Source: Histomonas meleagridis 2922-C6/04-290x
Taxonomy: Eukaryota > Protista > Parabasalia
NCBI GenBank assembly: GCA_020184695.1
Contig: JAANOX010000082.1
Span: 62,001-126,000, forward strand
Reading direction: 5' to 3'
Length of the DNA stretch: 64,000 nucleotides
The translations under genes were made by a program, and so were the position numbers. Below are positions 23,554 through 35,142 of this stretch, in pieces. How positions within the stretch are numbered: position 1 is the stretch's first letter; each line of letters starts with the position of its first letter. Under the pieces are notes generated by a model. The model was not told the DNA's origin and ran no database searches. It saw only the letters and a program-made list of their open reading frames with translations.

Positions 23554-24942
23554 ATGCTAGGCAGCATTGAATTCAAGCAAGTCATCAGAAAATCTTCAAT
23601 TGAAAGATATAAGGAGGAAGGGACACAAGAACAAGAGCTACCATTTCGTGATAGAGAGTCTATCACGAATAACTTATTTTTTCATTTTCAAAGATTTCAT
23701 CAAGATCCCATAAATTCCATTACTAACGTATACAACATTCTGGCGAAGCTTGATAATTCACAGATTCCATTTTTTGCTATTTTTAATTCACAATTCCCAC
23801 AAAATCTTTTTGATTTTATAATAAATAATATTCAACAACTTTTATCCAATGAATCCTTATATCCAACCCTTCATGTATGCGCTCTTATCACATTATTTAA
23901 AAGATCTTATACTGATATCATTCCTTTTGATCTTATTTCAGCTCTTCTCACAGTAATCAGCACCAATTCGGAGGCAGTAGTGTTTGGATGGTGGATTCTT
24001 TACAACATTTCATGTGACGATGGAATGTTTGAAGCATTTTTTAATTCAGGTCTTTTTAACTACATCAACGAAATCATTCCCAAATTTCAACAAGAAAAAA
24101 ACGAGAAAATTCTTTTTTTAATTTCTAATCTTATCAAAAGAGTAACTTCTTGTTTTGCTAATGATTCACTTATTCCTTTATATTCATCCATGGTCAACCA
24201 ACTTCTTGATTGTCAACTTGTTCTTCCTGTTAAATCAGCCCTTAAATCACTTTCTCGATTAATTCTATCTGACTGTAACGATGGCATTGAAATTCAAACA
24301 GACCTTCTCAATCACGCATCTTTTTTCCTTAGCACAGATTCAGACATTCTTATAGGCCGGTCTCTCTCGGTTTTTCTTGACGTATTTCGTATTTCCAATG
24401 AAGATCTTATTAACTCACTTATACACACGAAAATTTTTGAATTTATTCGAAATCCATTAATTCATGAAAATAGTACTCTTCAAGCATCAGCAAGTTACTT
24501 ACTTGTAAAGCTTGTGGCATCCAATAAGCAGTTTGAAGAGATTGCACTTTCATCAGATCTTATTGATATCATTTGTAAAAATGCACTTGATAGTGAGTTT
24601 AAAAGTAGAGAACAAGCTGTTTCGACAATTTGCGAGTTTATACAATGCAGGCATTCTGTAAGTATGATTGAACATATTAAAAATTGCGGCGGCTTACTTG
24701 CAATTTCAGTTGCACTAGGTGGAGCAACTGATGAAAATGCAAAAGATATAATTAATGCTGTTCATCATGTGGTGACACAAATGCCTTGTGAAATGGACAC
24801 ATTTTTAGAATACGGATTGTTGAATGAGCTTGAGGATATATTAAGTACACCGGACGAACTGTTGAGTGATGATGTTTTTAATGCAGCTGATACTTTACGT
24901 GAAGAGATTATCAGTTATTTGAATGCAGAAAATGTTGAATAA
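23554..24942 (+). CDS. ARM/HEAT repeat protein (importin-alpha-like fold)
   Basis: 462-aa helical ORF with ARM-like segments (WWILYNISCDD, ALKSLSRLIL, SREQAVSTICEFI). Confidence 0.7.
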   Translation: MLGSIEFKQVIRKSSIERYKEEGTQEQELPFRDRESITNNLFFHFQRFHQDPINSITNVYNILAKLDNSQIPFFAIFNSQFPQNLFDFIINNIQQLLSNESLYPTLHVCALITLFKRSYTDIIPFDLISALLTVISTNSEAVVFGWWILYNISCDDGMFEAFFNSGLFNYINEIIPKFQQEKNEKILFLISNLIKRVTSCFANDSLIPLYSSMVNQLLDCQLVLPVKSALKSLSRLILSDCNDGIEIQTDLLNHASFFLSTDSDILIGRSLSVFLDVFRISNEDLINSLIHTKIFEFIRNPLIHENSTLQASASYLLVKLVASNKQFEEIALSSDLIDIICKNALDSEFKSREQAVSTICEFIQCRHSVSMIEHIKNCGGLLAISVALGGATDENAKDIINAVHHVVTQMPCEMDTFLEYGLLNELEDILSTPDELLSDDVFNAADTLREEIISYLNAENVE

Positions 24943-25230
24943 ATTAAAAATGTTATTTACTAATAAACAATTGTTAACTATAAGTATAAAATTAATTTAT
25001 CAAAATATAGAGCTTCTACAAATATTTTTGGTACTTTGAATAAATTCTTCAATTATCAAATGGTGTTTCTCCATATATCAAATAAATTTTACTATTTCAT
25101 GCTAACACTGAATTGTTAAGGACAATGTTACTTCATTCTATGCTAATAAACATTAAAGCACGAATTAAAAACTATTTCTATGTCTTAATTTTGTTTGGAG
25201 AAAATGATCATTTAAACGTTTTTTTATTTT

Positions 25231-26769
25231 ATGTCACTTTTCATAATGAAACTCAACGAACTGATAAAATCTGAGCAAAATCTCAAGATTCTTTCATTGT
25301 TTGATGACTCAACACAACGGTATATGAAATGGTTCTTAGCACTTACTGAAATTCCACATCCAACTTTTGACTGCAAAAATCTTTCAGATAAAATTGTTGA
25401 ATGGATTAAAAAAATGGGGGTTTCACCAGAACAAGATTTATTTGGCAATATTTGTGTTCGCATAAATGCGCATGAACTCCCTGACGATTCACCAGTTGTT
25501 TCAATCCAAGCTCATATTGATATGGTTTGGGTTGGAGAATATGTTGATGGGCGAATTGATGTTTCGTATGAAGCAGGTAAAGTCATTGCAAAGAAATCCA
25601 CACTTGGCGCAGACGATGGATTTGGTGTTGCAATGATTCTCCAATTCATTGAAGAACGTAACTCATTTCCCCACGGACCAATGGAGCTTATTTTAACTGT
25701 TGATGAAGAGCAAGGTCTGCAAGGAGTAAAAAAGCTTCCAAAGAAAAATGGTTCATCAGATCAAATTCGACCTTTTTCTTTCAAATATCTTATCAACTGT
25801 GATTCTTTGAGTGGTGATAAAGTATACATTGGTGCTGCTGGTGGAGAGATTGCAGAAATTTTATTTGCTCTAAAATCATCTCCACTTAGCTCATCGCAAT
25901 CACTTATTAAAATTGACATTGATAATCTTAGTGGTGGTCATTCTGGTGGTTGTATTCACTTGGGGAGGGCAAATGGAACCAAACTTATTGTTCGTCTCCT
26001 GAACAATCTGATTGACAAAGATATTTGTTTCCAACTAAGTAATTTCCAGAGTGGAGTTCAAATGAATCTCATTCCAACACATTCAACAGCCATTATTGCT
26101 GTTGACTCTTCAAGCGTTTCTGATGCACTTTTTATTATTTCAGAAGCTTACAATGAAATCATAAAAGAATTCAAAGGAATTGAAAACCCCGATTTTTCTG
26201 CACAGAAAATTGAAGCAATGAACGATGAAAAAGTTTTTAATGTTGATGACACAAGAAGTTTATTAACATTTTTAACCTTAGTTTCTGTTGGTCCATTAAG
26301 AATGTCTCCTCTATTTCCAACAATTGTTGATACATCTCAAAATTTAGGTGTTGTACGGATTGATGTTCAAAAAAATAATTGTATTGTTCATTTGTTTTGT
26401 CGAAGTGCAACGCAAACAAAAATCATAGAAAACACACAAGTAACTAACAATTTACTTCGTTATATCCCATTACAACATACTGTAATTTACAAAAGAGCTT
26501 CAGTTGCTTGGCCGCCAGATGATAATAATAAACTCGCAAAGATGATGCAAGATGCTTATAGTGAAGAAAACGGAGTGAGAAAGGAAATAGGACTTTTACA
26601 TGTAACTATTGAACCTCCTGAGTTCAATGTGCTTGGTTACGATGCAGAAATGATCTCTGTGTGTCCATCAATACCCATGGCACATTGTATAGGAGAGTGG
26701 ATGGATGTAGAAGAGGCAATGAAGTGGAGAAACGCTGTATGCAGACTGTTATCAAAAATTAGAGAATAA
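25231..26769 (+). CDS. pepD: Aminoacyl-histidine dipeptidase, peptidase M20C
   Basis: QAHIDMV, TLGADDGFGVA, TVDEEQGL, INCDS, GGHSG and C-terminal AH..EW metal-ligand motifs. Confidence 0.88.
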   Translation: MSLFIMKLNELIKSEQNLKILSLFDDSTQRYMKWFLALTEIPHPTFDCKNLSDKIVEWIKKMGVSPEQDLFGNICVRINAHELPDDSPVVSIQAHIDMVWVGEYVDGRIDVSYEAGKVIAKKSTLGADDGFGVAMILQFIEERNSFPHGPMELILTVDEEQGLQGVKKLPKKNGSSDQIRPFSFKYLINCDSLSGDKVYIGAAGGEIAEILFALKSSPLSSSQSLIKIDIDNLSGGHSGGCIHLGRANGTKLIVRLLNNLIDKDICFQLSNFQSGVQMNLIPTHSTAIIAVDSSSVSDALFIISEAYNEIIKEFKGIENPDFSAQKIEAMNDEKVFNVDDTRSLLTFLTLVSVGPLRMSPLFPTIVDTSQNLGVVRIDVQKNNCIVHLFCRSATQTKIIENTQVTNNLLRYIPLQHTVIYKRASVAWPPDDNNKLAKMMQDAYSEENGVRKEIGLLHVTIEPPEFNVLGYDAEMISVCPSIPMAHCIGEWMDVEEAMKWRNAVCRLLSKIRE

Positions 26770-26964
26770 AAATTCATGAGAAAACTTTTGAAGCGACGAT
26801 AGATAATTCTGAGTATTTCGTATCAAAAAACATTCAAAAACTTATCGTTGAATAAAAATTTGTGGAAAAGAAAATTGGAAAGAATCTTTATAAATACAAT
26901 AAATAGCAAAGCAACCAGATAAAAAAGACCGTGGCGGCAAGTAATTTTGGAAAGTTTGCAATTA

Positions 26965-27330
26965 TCAACGTTTAAGATTAAATGGTGATTCAGAGACAGC
27001 TTGAGTTATTTCCTGTAATTTCTTCGATGATTCTTTGATATTTTCCTCATTTGACTCAAAAAAATTCATTGATAATTGATATTGAGTTTGAAGTTGCTCT
27101 TTAAATTTTGAATGACTCCATTCTTTTGAAATGTTATTTAAACCATAATGAATTCCGCTTTGTGAAATAGCCAAGTCAAGTTGTTGCTGATGAATTTTCT
27201 CGAAAAATGCTGGAGTATCAACATAATTTTGTTTTGCTTTCTCTGTGAGTTCCTTTTTTTGTTTTTTAAAGTCTTTTTTTAGTTTTGAAATTACCTTAAA
27301 GTATTTTTCGGGATTTTTAGGGTCAAGCAT
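26965..27330 (-). CDS. Hypothetical coiled-coil protein
   Basis: First ATG at 27330 (MLDPKNPEK...); K/E/Q-rich, about 120 aa; no family recognised. Confidence 0.5.
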   Translation of the reverse strand: MLDPKNPEKYFKVISKLKKDFKKQKKELTEKAKQNYVDTPAFFEKIHQQQLDLAISQSGIHYGLNNISKEWSHSKFKEQLQTQYQLSMNFFESNEENIKESSKKLQEITQAVSESPFNLKR

Positions 27331-27448
27331 TTTGTGAAATTTTTCAAACACCGGTCAAAATTAACGTTTTTCAATTGAAAATATTGAGTGTGGAAGAGCT
27401 CTTTTTGAAAGTTTTTTATACCATCGACATAAATCACTTCATTTTTGC

Positions 27449-27724
27449 ATGTGGTTCTTTATTGTGTTTTCATTTTTTGGTAAGACATTGGCACTTAAGT
27501 CAGAAAGTGAAACAATCCCACCAACATCACAAATCGGACCTAAAATCTCTCCAGCACTCTTAGAAGAAAAACCAACCCCAAGTTGTGAGCCACCAGCTCC
27601 ATTTCCAACTGTTAATGAAGACAATAATGAATTACCAAGGAAAAGGTATTTTAAGACTTTAGGATTACGTTATCCAATTTTTAGATTATCACCACGAATT
27701 ATAATCAAGAAACCATCAAAATGA
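27449..27724 (+). CDS. Small proline-rich, possibly secreted protein
   Basis: MWFFIVFSFFGKTLA signal-like start followed by a Pro-rich segment; 91 aa. Confidence 0.4.
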   Translation: MWFFIVFSFFGKTLALKSESETIPPTSQIGPKISPALLEEKPTPSCEPPAPFPTVNEDNNELPRKRYFKTLGLRYPIFRLSPRIIIKKPSK

Positions 27725-27770
27725 GTAAAAAAAAATTAAACAATTTTTATTCTATTTTAACAAATATAAT

Positions 27771-28667
27771 TTATAAATTTGAAATTGCAATCACTCCAAT
27801 ATTATTAGCAATTTGTAATTGAGCGTTTTCTGCTTTTTGTTTTTTCCCTGTTTGTTCGTATTTAATTTGTTGTGAACTTAAATAATTTAAGTCAACAACA
27901 ATAAAAGGAATCGAAACAATTCGGAATAATGTTTTCCAAATCGAATTCTTGTTCCCATAAACGCTATTAAATCCGGGAGGTGTTAAGTATAGATGATATT
28001 GAATCGAAATCGGCTGAATTTGATATTTGGCACAAAATAATTCTTCGTCAAAATGAGCAACTGCATCACCAGTCGTTGGTTCGCCTTCAGGAAACAATAA
28101 AAGAGGTGAAAGCATCGGATCTGAAGCACAGTTCTCAATTTGATATGAAATTTTCTTGTTTTTTATGCGAAATATATCAAAAATTGAAGAATAAAAAAGA
28201 TGTTCAAATTCTGATGCTGGCTCTTTCTTAGCAAATGTAACTAGATTCCCATAGAAATGCACAAGATAATCAATAATAGAAACATGATTTGAAACAAAAA
28301 TTCTGGTTTTTCGATCAATCTCTCCATTAATGCGGACACGAAATATCCCAAGACTAAACAAGAAAAATTGAATTATATAACGGCCAATTGAATAAGACCA
28401 AAGTTTATATGAACGACGATTTTGAAACCGATTTTTGAAAAGTGATAATGTTGTGATAAATAAAATCCAAATTATAAAAGCAACACCTGCTAAAAATAAT
28501 TTTGCAATTCCAAAAAACAATATAAAACATATAACTTGATATATGCGATGAATTAAAAGAAATTTGGGAGGTTCAAAAATTTCTTTATTAAACTCCTCAC
28601 TTGCAACTGAAAGTTCTTCTTGGTTTTTATACTTTGCTGAAGAATTTGGAATTGAAGTCTTTAACAT
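27771..28667 (-). CDS. Lysophospholipid acyltransferase (PlsC/LPCAT-like)
   Basis: FVSNHVSIID (HxxxxD), LLFPEG and IQPISI motifs; N-terminal TM segments. Confidence 0.85.
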   Translation of the reverse strand: MLKTSIPNSSAKYKNQEELSVASEEFNKEIFEPPKFLLIHRIYQVICFILFFGIAKLFLAGVAFIIWILFITTLSLFKNRFQNRRSYKLWSYSIGRYIIQFFLFSLGIFRVRINGEIDRKTRIFVSNHVSIIDYLVHFYGNLVTFAKKEPASEFEHLFYSSIFDIFRIKNKKISYQIENCASDPMLSPLLLFPEGEPTTGDAVAHFDEELFCAKYQIQPISIQYHLYLTPPGFNSVYGNKNSIWKTLFRIVSIPFIVVDLNYLSSQQIKYEQTGKKQKAENAQLQIANNIGVIAISNL

Positions 28668-28792
28668 GGGGTAAAAAGAAAAGATTTTGGGATAAGACCA
28701 TTTTACGGTTATGATCGTTGTGATAATTCAAAAATTTGAAGGAAAACGATCGTTCTTAGTTCAAATTTCTTATCGTTAAAAATTTTTTATTT

Positions 28793-30633
28793 TTAAATCT
28801 GTGCATCTTTTTTAGCTTTTCTTTCTTCTTGATTTCTACAATATTCCAATATTGTATGATTTGAAGGTCGTGCTCCTTTTTCTTTAAGTACTTGAACCAT
28901 CTCCTCCATTTCCCATTCCAATGCAATTTGCAATGGTGTTTTAAACAATCAAAACGAACCAAATCTAGATCCTCAATATTCAAATCTATTCCCTCATTAG
29001 AAGCCAGCAATTTTACAACTTCTATATTATCGTCAACAACAGCACAATGTAATGGTGTTTGACCATTTTCATCTTGTGCGTTAATATTTATGTTGTCTAA
29101 ACTTAGCAAGTATTCAACCAACTTCAATGAATCATTTTTACAAGCTTCATGAAGAATTGTTGAATTACCATTAAATTTCTTCTCAAGTGAAATCATTTCT
29201 TTCTCAATGAAGTACTTAATCACATCAACATTACCTCTAGACAAAGCAGTTAATGCTGAATTACTTTCATTCCAATTTTCACCAATTGAAAATTTCGGAC
29301 TTTGAAGTACTATATTAATACTTTCACAATCATCACATGATATGCACCAATCTAATGCATTTAATCCGCTTTGTGATGTTACATTTGTATCAATTCCATC
29401 GAGAGACAAAAGTAATTTTAAGACTTCAGCATGATTATTTTGAGCTGCGAAAAGTAATGCTGTTTTAAAATTTATAAAAAGACTCCAAAGAAATCAAAAA
29501 AATACTAAAAATTAATAATAAATATGATCTGCTTCATTTATATTTATATCCTTTTCTAAGCATTTTAACATCAATGAAATATTATTAGATGCAGCACATT
29601 GTGTAAAAACTATTTGATATGGGTTAATATCACAACATTTAATGTGATTTTGTACCAGGTAGTCAAAAAGTTCGTTACGATGAAATTTAGCACAAATTTC
29701 ATAAATGCCGTTAAAGCTGATGTCCATTTTCAATACTTTAGATATGATGTTAGAATTTCCTCCTGCAAATGCGTATTGTGCTAATGTCATCCATTTACTT
29801 GTTGTTAATTTAGGATCGCTGCCTTTCGAAATTAAATAATCAAAACACTTCTCTGCACCGAAAAATGCAGCAACATGAATCAGAGGTGGTTTGGCATCAA
29901 GCATTCGGGTGCAATCGAAGATACAAACTGGAATTAAGAAGTTTGGATCTAAATCTTTGTCTTGTTTAAGACGTTCTACATCATCATGTGCAATTATAAT
30001 TGCATATTTATCAGGATTAAACCCAAATGATAAACAACTTTTAAGAATTTCCCAATTATTGCTATGAAGTGGGCCATATATGTTAAAAAAGCTTAAAAAG
30101 ACTTCATGGAGCATTCCAGATTGAGCACAAATGGCCATCATTGTCATTATAGTATCAAATAATTCTTTGTCAAGAGATTCAATTTCTGGTGCAAACCAAC
30201 AAATAGAAGTAAATAATCGCTCTGGATTGGAAGGCCGCATCATATAAAAATAGCGGATTTGTTGAACAACTTCTTCGGGTGTTAAAATTCCATTGTCCAT
30301 ACATTGGCGTAAAAAGAAACAATGGGGATTGTGAATTAAAGCAGGTTGAATAAATGAATGAAGTAAATGTATTTTGACTTCAGGAAGAATTTCATTTCGT
30401 ATTGATATAAGAGATTTAAGAAAACCAACAAGGTGTGGAGTTAAAAGAATGCGGTGTTCAGAAGCAACTAAAAATGAATGAACAATTTGTGAAAGTGGAA
30501 GTAATTTTTCATCAATTATTGAAAATATTTTTTTTGAAAGTTCTTCATTTTGTGGTTCTTTCAAAGCAAAAAGCTGTTGCTGTATTTCTGCTGCTGCCTG
30601 AATTTCTTTTGAGATAGAATCAGGGATTTTCAT
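28793..30633 (-). CDS. DUF3447-type ankyrin protein with two non-canonical interruptions
   Basis: Removing 29470-29520 joins INEADHI to FKTALLFAAQNNHAEVLKLLL in frame. Removing 28946-28962 joins LNIEDLD to FKTPLQIALEWEMEEMVQVLKEKGA...*. Confidence 0.7.
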
Positions 30634-31842
30634 AAAATTTGACTATTACTAATTCAATAAAAATATTATGGCAAAAACGAAAACAAACAAAAAGTATGAT
30701 TATTTATGGATTGAAGATTCATGGGAAATAATTGATATGATATCTTCCATCTTTCAAATTTTCCAATGCTTCTAAAGACATTCGCCAACCTGGGATAAAA
30801 TATTCAAGTTTTAGCGAAGACTATTCTAAATGTTTTTCATATTCAGACCTCAAGGAGTGAGAAATACTTTTGATTCTTTGTTGATATATACAATGACTTT
30901 AAGCCAGCTTGTCAAATCATACCATTACAAGTATTCTTGTAATGATGCATCCACATGTGGATGTCTTATGTTTAATTTTGGTTTATGTTAAAGACAATTT
31001 TTCCTTGACCTGATTGTGTATTCCACATATGTTGTTTCATCAATACCCAAAATTTTTAGTTACATATTTATCAAAACTACAATTAGTATTTTTTTATCTC
31101 TAATTATATCATCTTAATGGCGTGTATGATGTATCAAAATGATTAAATATTTCCATATTAAAATTTCAGTTTCATTTTTTGTTAAAATTGTATATAAAAT
31201 TGCAATTTTCCGACAACTAAACATTCTTATAAGCATTTCTGAAGCGAAAGAACACTTCCAAAACATTTCTTCTTAATTCTCTTTCTCATAATTTTCCTGA
31301 AATAGTAACTTAAATTCGACATGAATTAGAAATAAGAAATCCAGCATTTGCAAAATATTGAATTTAAACTTGCTGCAACAATAAACACATTAATAACACT
31401 TGAAATTATTACCCAACAAACGTTACATATAATTATATAATTTAATTAGTCAAATGATTGGAGGGAAAGAGAAAGTTTAGAAATTAAATGAAATCATCAC
31501 AATTAATATCAATCCCTCTAGACACGGGGATTAAAATTCCACAATGTTGAAAAAAGTGGCATAACCGCCATTAAAATTGGAAAATTTTTATTGTGTCAAA
31601 TTGAAATTAATGAGTAATTTGGTTGGATTAAAATTGAGATAATAATATTTATTTGATCATTCAGAATTTTTCTCATCAAAATTATTCCGTACCATTAAAA
31701 TATATTACTATTATTATATAGATAAATTTAAAATATTAACTAAAATTTAAATATTTCCCGAAATCAAAAAGAAAAATAAATTTTAAGTTTTTAAAACGAC
31801 CGTTTATTATCTGAGGCGGTCTTTTTAAAACGTTTTTTCAAT

Positions 31843-32530
31843 TTATTTATATGAATTTCCAGTATCACTATCAATTCCTTTTTGTACAAGAAGTAATTTA
31901 ACTATTTCTGTATGACCACTTTGTGATGATGTTTCAAATATTTAAAATTATTTCCAAATATTATTTTGAAATATTAGGTTATTAAAATAAATTTTATCTT
32001 TAGCATTAGCATCAATTCCTTCTTGTTCAAGAAGTATTTTAACTATTTCTGTATGACCATTTTGTGAAGCTAAAATAAGTACACGTAAAATTTATAGATT
32101 CACTCAAACGATTAATTTCTTTTATTGACATGTGATGTATAAAATAAGGATGTCCATTAAATTTTTGCGAATCAATAAAACCTAATTCAATCATTTTCAC
32201 TGCAAAATAATTTAATTCTGGATGTTTGTCTAAATAAAAATTAGTGATTTAATCAAATATTTTATATTGAATTTTTTTCGCTTCTTCAAATGCTTCAATT
32301 TCTTTGACGAAATATAAATATAATTCAACATCGTAATTATTTTTTGTGACAATAAATAAAATGCATATCATTTGGAGAATAATTAAATTAAAGTGTAAGG
32401 AAATTCATAATCAAATATTTCAATTACTGTATACTTTTCGAAATATTTTCCTTACTCAATTCAAAAATAACTTTATTGATAAACTTGAATGTTTCTATTT
32501 CATTCAAGCATCGAGAATACATGGAAAATG
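31843..32530 (-). pseudogene. Decayed DUF3447/ankyrin gene retaining one 51-nt insert
   Basis: LILASQNGHTEIVKILLEQEGIDANAKDKI [insert 31939-31989] FETSSQSGHTEIVKLLLVQKGID. The upstream N-domain remnant carries stops. Confidence 0.65.
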
Positions 32531-33107
32531 AAAACGATAAAAATGAATTTAAATTTTATTCAATGAGAAACGATTGTTTTTTATTCAATTTTTGGAAATA
32601 ATTCCTTTTTATTAATGAAAATTTCAGTCCTTTGAATGTTTCCTAAAATTTCATCAATTTTCCTTTGACTCTATTACTATTATTATTAATATATATTAAT
32701 ATATTTAACAAGTTCAATATTTCCTGTTTCACTTCCAAATATTTGGACATATATATATATATATATATATTAATATATTTTTGAGAAGTTGTATATTTTT
32801 ATGGAAATATTTAACAAGATATAAATTACAGGTTTTTGCTGATACATTAATAATTCTTTAATTTGAATTTCTTCTTCATTATCCCTCATTTTTATAACTA
32901 ATAACTCATAACATTTGGCTAAGAATTAAATTAAATGTATGCAAATAATTATTTTCAATAATTAAGTGTGCTGACTCAAAAACATTTTCATCTTCATTCA
33001 AATAAAATATTGTTTTTCCAATTAAATTTAATTGAAATTTTTCTTTAATTTTTTACTAAAAATTCCCTGTTTAAACATTTACTATTACTCATGAATAAAG
33101 CATTAAT

Positions 33108-33236
33108 ATATATGTGGAATAACACCTGCTGATGAATTGCAAGTATGATATGATGTGGTGAAATTCTTCTCTTATTATCTCTTGTTACATTTCCGGGAAG
33201 TTCAAGAAATTCAACTGTAAGATATTCAAGAAATGC
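33108..33236 (-). pseudogene. H2A: Histone H2A pseudogene fragment
   Basis: [34 protein letters not shown]...GVIPHI compared with canonical [35 protein letters not shown]...GVLPNI. Internal deletion; no intact N-terminus. Confidence 0.8.
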
Positions 33237-33780
33237 ACTTCTGAGGACTTGAGATCATTAAATCCTTTAACGTTTAAGTAAATATTCTAAAACAAATTAT
33301 TCGAATGCTTTTTTTAAAAGAAAATAATCATAAGTCTCATGCACATATATTTAATCATATTTTTGTCTATTTGTTAATATACATACACATTCAATAACTT
33401 TAAAAAATCATTTATTCATGGTCAAAATTAATAACAATTATAATGATCAAAAACATTTGAAATACAGATTAAAAATGTTAAACGAAATTTGATAAACCAA
33501 TACATGTCTGATTTTTAAATGTTGATTTTTGGACCAATGTTTCGAAATTTTTGAGAGAATTCTTTCAATAATATCTATCTATTTTCGATTGCAATTGTAA
33601 TGCCTCTCATGAATTTGAATGTAAATAAACTTTACATAAATATTAGTTGATTAAAAGTCATTTAATTTTAATTGAAAGTAAGAAACTTATTTTGTTTTCT
33701 GAGAAACTGACTAAAAACCTTAAACACATTGAAACACAATATCATAAGACATCATAATTAAAAATTAAGTATCACCTTTA

Positions 33781-35142
33781 ATGGGCGTGCTTAACAATTG
33801 TATCACAAAATTCCTCCAAAAAAATTATATAATTTTAAATATTTTTGCACTTATAAGTGGTTTCCTTTGTTATTTCTCAATGTATGCATTCCGAAAACCT
33901 TATACAGCAGCGCAATATCAAAATTTAACTATTTTTAAAATTGATTATAAAATATTTACTGTTACAGCACAAGTTATAGGATATACAATTTCTAAATTCG
34001 TTAGCATTAAGTTTATAGCTGAAATGGATTCAAAGAAGAGAGGAATTTGGATTATTATTTCAATATCAATTGCTGAAATAACTTTGATATTGTTTGGAAT
34101 TATTCCACCACCTTATAATTCATTCTTAATGTTTGTTAATGGGCTACCACTTGGACCAATTTGGGGACTTTCCTTTTCATATATTGAAGGACGTAAAGCA
34201 TCAGGAATCATTGGATGTGGAATGTGTGTAAGTTTTATTATTTCTTCAGGAATGGTGAAATCAATTGGTTCATTTCTTCTAGAAAAAAATATTAACAAAT
34301 GGTGGATGCCAGCAGCTGTTGGTGCAATTTTTTATCCATTAATGCTTCTTAGTGTATTTTTGCTTGAATCAATACCAGATCCATCAGAAGAAGATATGTT
34401 ATCTAAAACAGAAAGAGTGAAAATGAATTCAAATGATCGAAAACAAATCATTTTGACTTTTTGGCCTGGGTTAATTTTTATGATCCTTTTTCATATGCTC
34501 ATTACTGCATATCGGGATTTCAGAGATAATTTTGCTTCTGAATTATGGACTGCTTTTGGTTATCATAAATCAACTTCTTTATTTACAATTTCCGAAATAA
34601 TTGTAACATTAGTGGTAATAATATTTGTTGGAAGTTTAATAATGGTAAAATCAAATTTTATGATCTTAATTGGTTATCATATTATGATAATATTTAGTAC
34701 AATTATGATTGGGATATTTACCATTTTATTTAATTATAAAATAATAAATGGTTTAGTTTATATAGTTGCAACAGGTGCAGGATTATATATCGGATATGTT
34801 ACTTTCAACAGTATTATTTTTGATGCACTTCTTGCTACATATAAATATAAAGCTAACTCAGGTTTTTTAACATATTTATGTGACTCTTTTGGTTACCTTT
34901 CAAGTGTTGTAATCCTTTTTATTAAAAACTTTTCAAAAGCAGATTTATCTTGGGGGATTTTTTATGTAAAAACATCAATTGCGATTTCTATAGGTGGAAC
35001 ATTTTTTACATCTCTTGCAATGATATATTATATATGGAAATTTAAGCATTGGGATTTTAATGAAGAACCCACTGAACCAAATCCATTCAACCAAACATCA
35101 AGTGGAGATTATGACTTCTCCCAAAATGTCGAAGAGTTATAA
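33781..35142 (+). CDS. MFS-like multi-pass membrane protein, DUF5690 family
   Basis: About 11-12 TM segments; SMYAFRKPY, GYTISKF, NGLPLG..WG..FSY.EGR, RDFRDNFA.E.W and YLCDSFGYL motifs typical of bacterial DUF5690 (recognised from memory). Confidence 0.75.
   Translation: MGVLNNCITKFLQKNYIILNIFALISGFLCYFSMYAFRKPYTAAQYQNLTIFKIDYKIFTVTAQVIGYTISKFVSIKFIAEMDSKKRGIWIIISISIAEITLILFGIIPPPYNSFLMFVNGLPLGPIWGLSFSYIEGRKASGIIGCGMCVSFIISSGMVKSIGSFLLEKNINKWWMPAAVGAIFYPLMLLSVFLLESIPDPSEEDMLSKTERVKMNSNDRKQIILTFWPGLIFMILFHMLITAYRDFRDNFASELWTAFGYHKSTSLFTISEIIVTLVVIIFVGSLIMVKSNFMILIGYHIMIIFSTIMIGIFTILFNYKIINGLVYIVATGAGLYIGYVTFNSIIFDALLATYKYKANSGFLTYLCDSFGYLSSVVILFIKNFSKADLSWGIFYVKTSIAISIGGTFFTSLAMIYYIWKFKHWDFNEEPTEPNPFNQTSSGDYDFSQNVEEL

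Noticed and set aside
30720-31400. Possible transposase remnant (KILGIDETTY)
   Set aside because: One short motif among many stops; no TIRs or further catalytic motifs found.
32748-32772. (AT)n microsatellite
   Set aside because: Ordinary simple repeat in AT-rich DNA.
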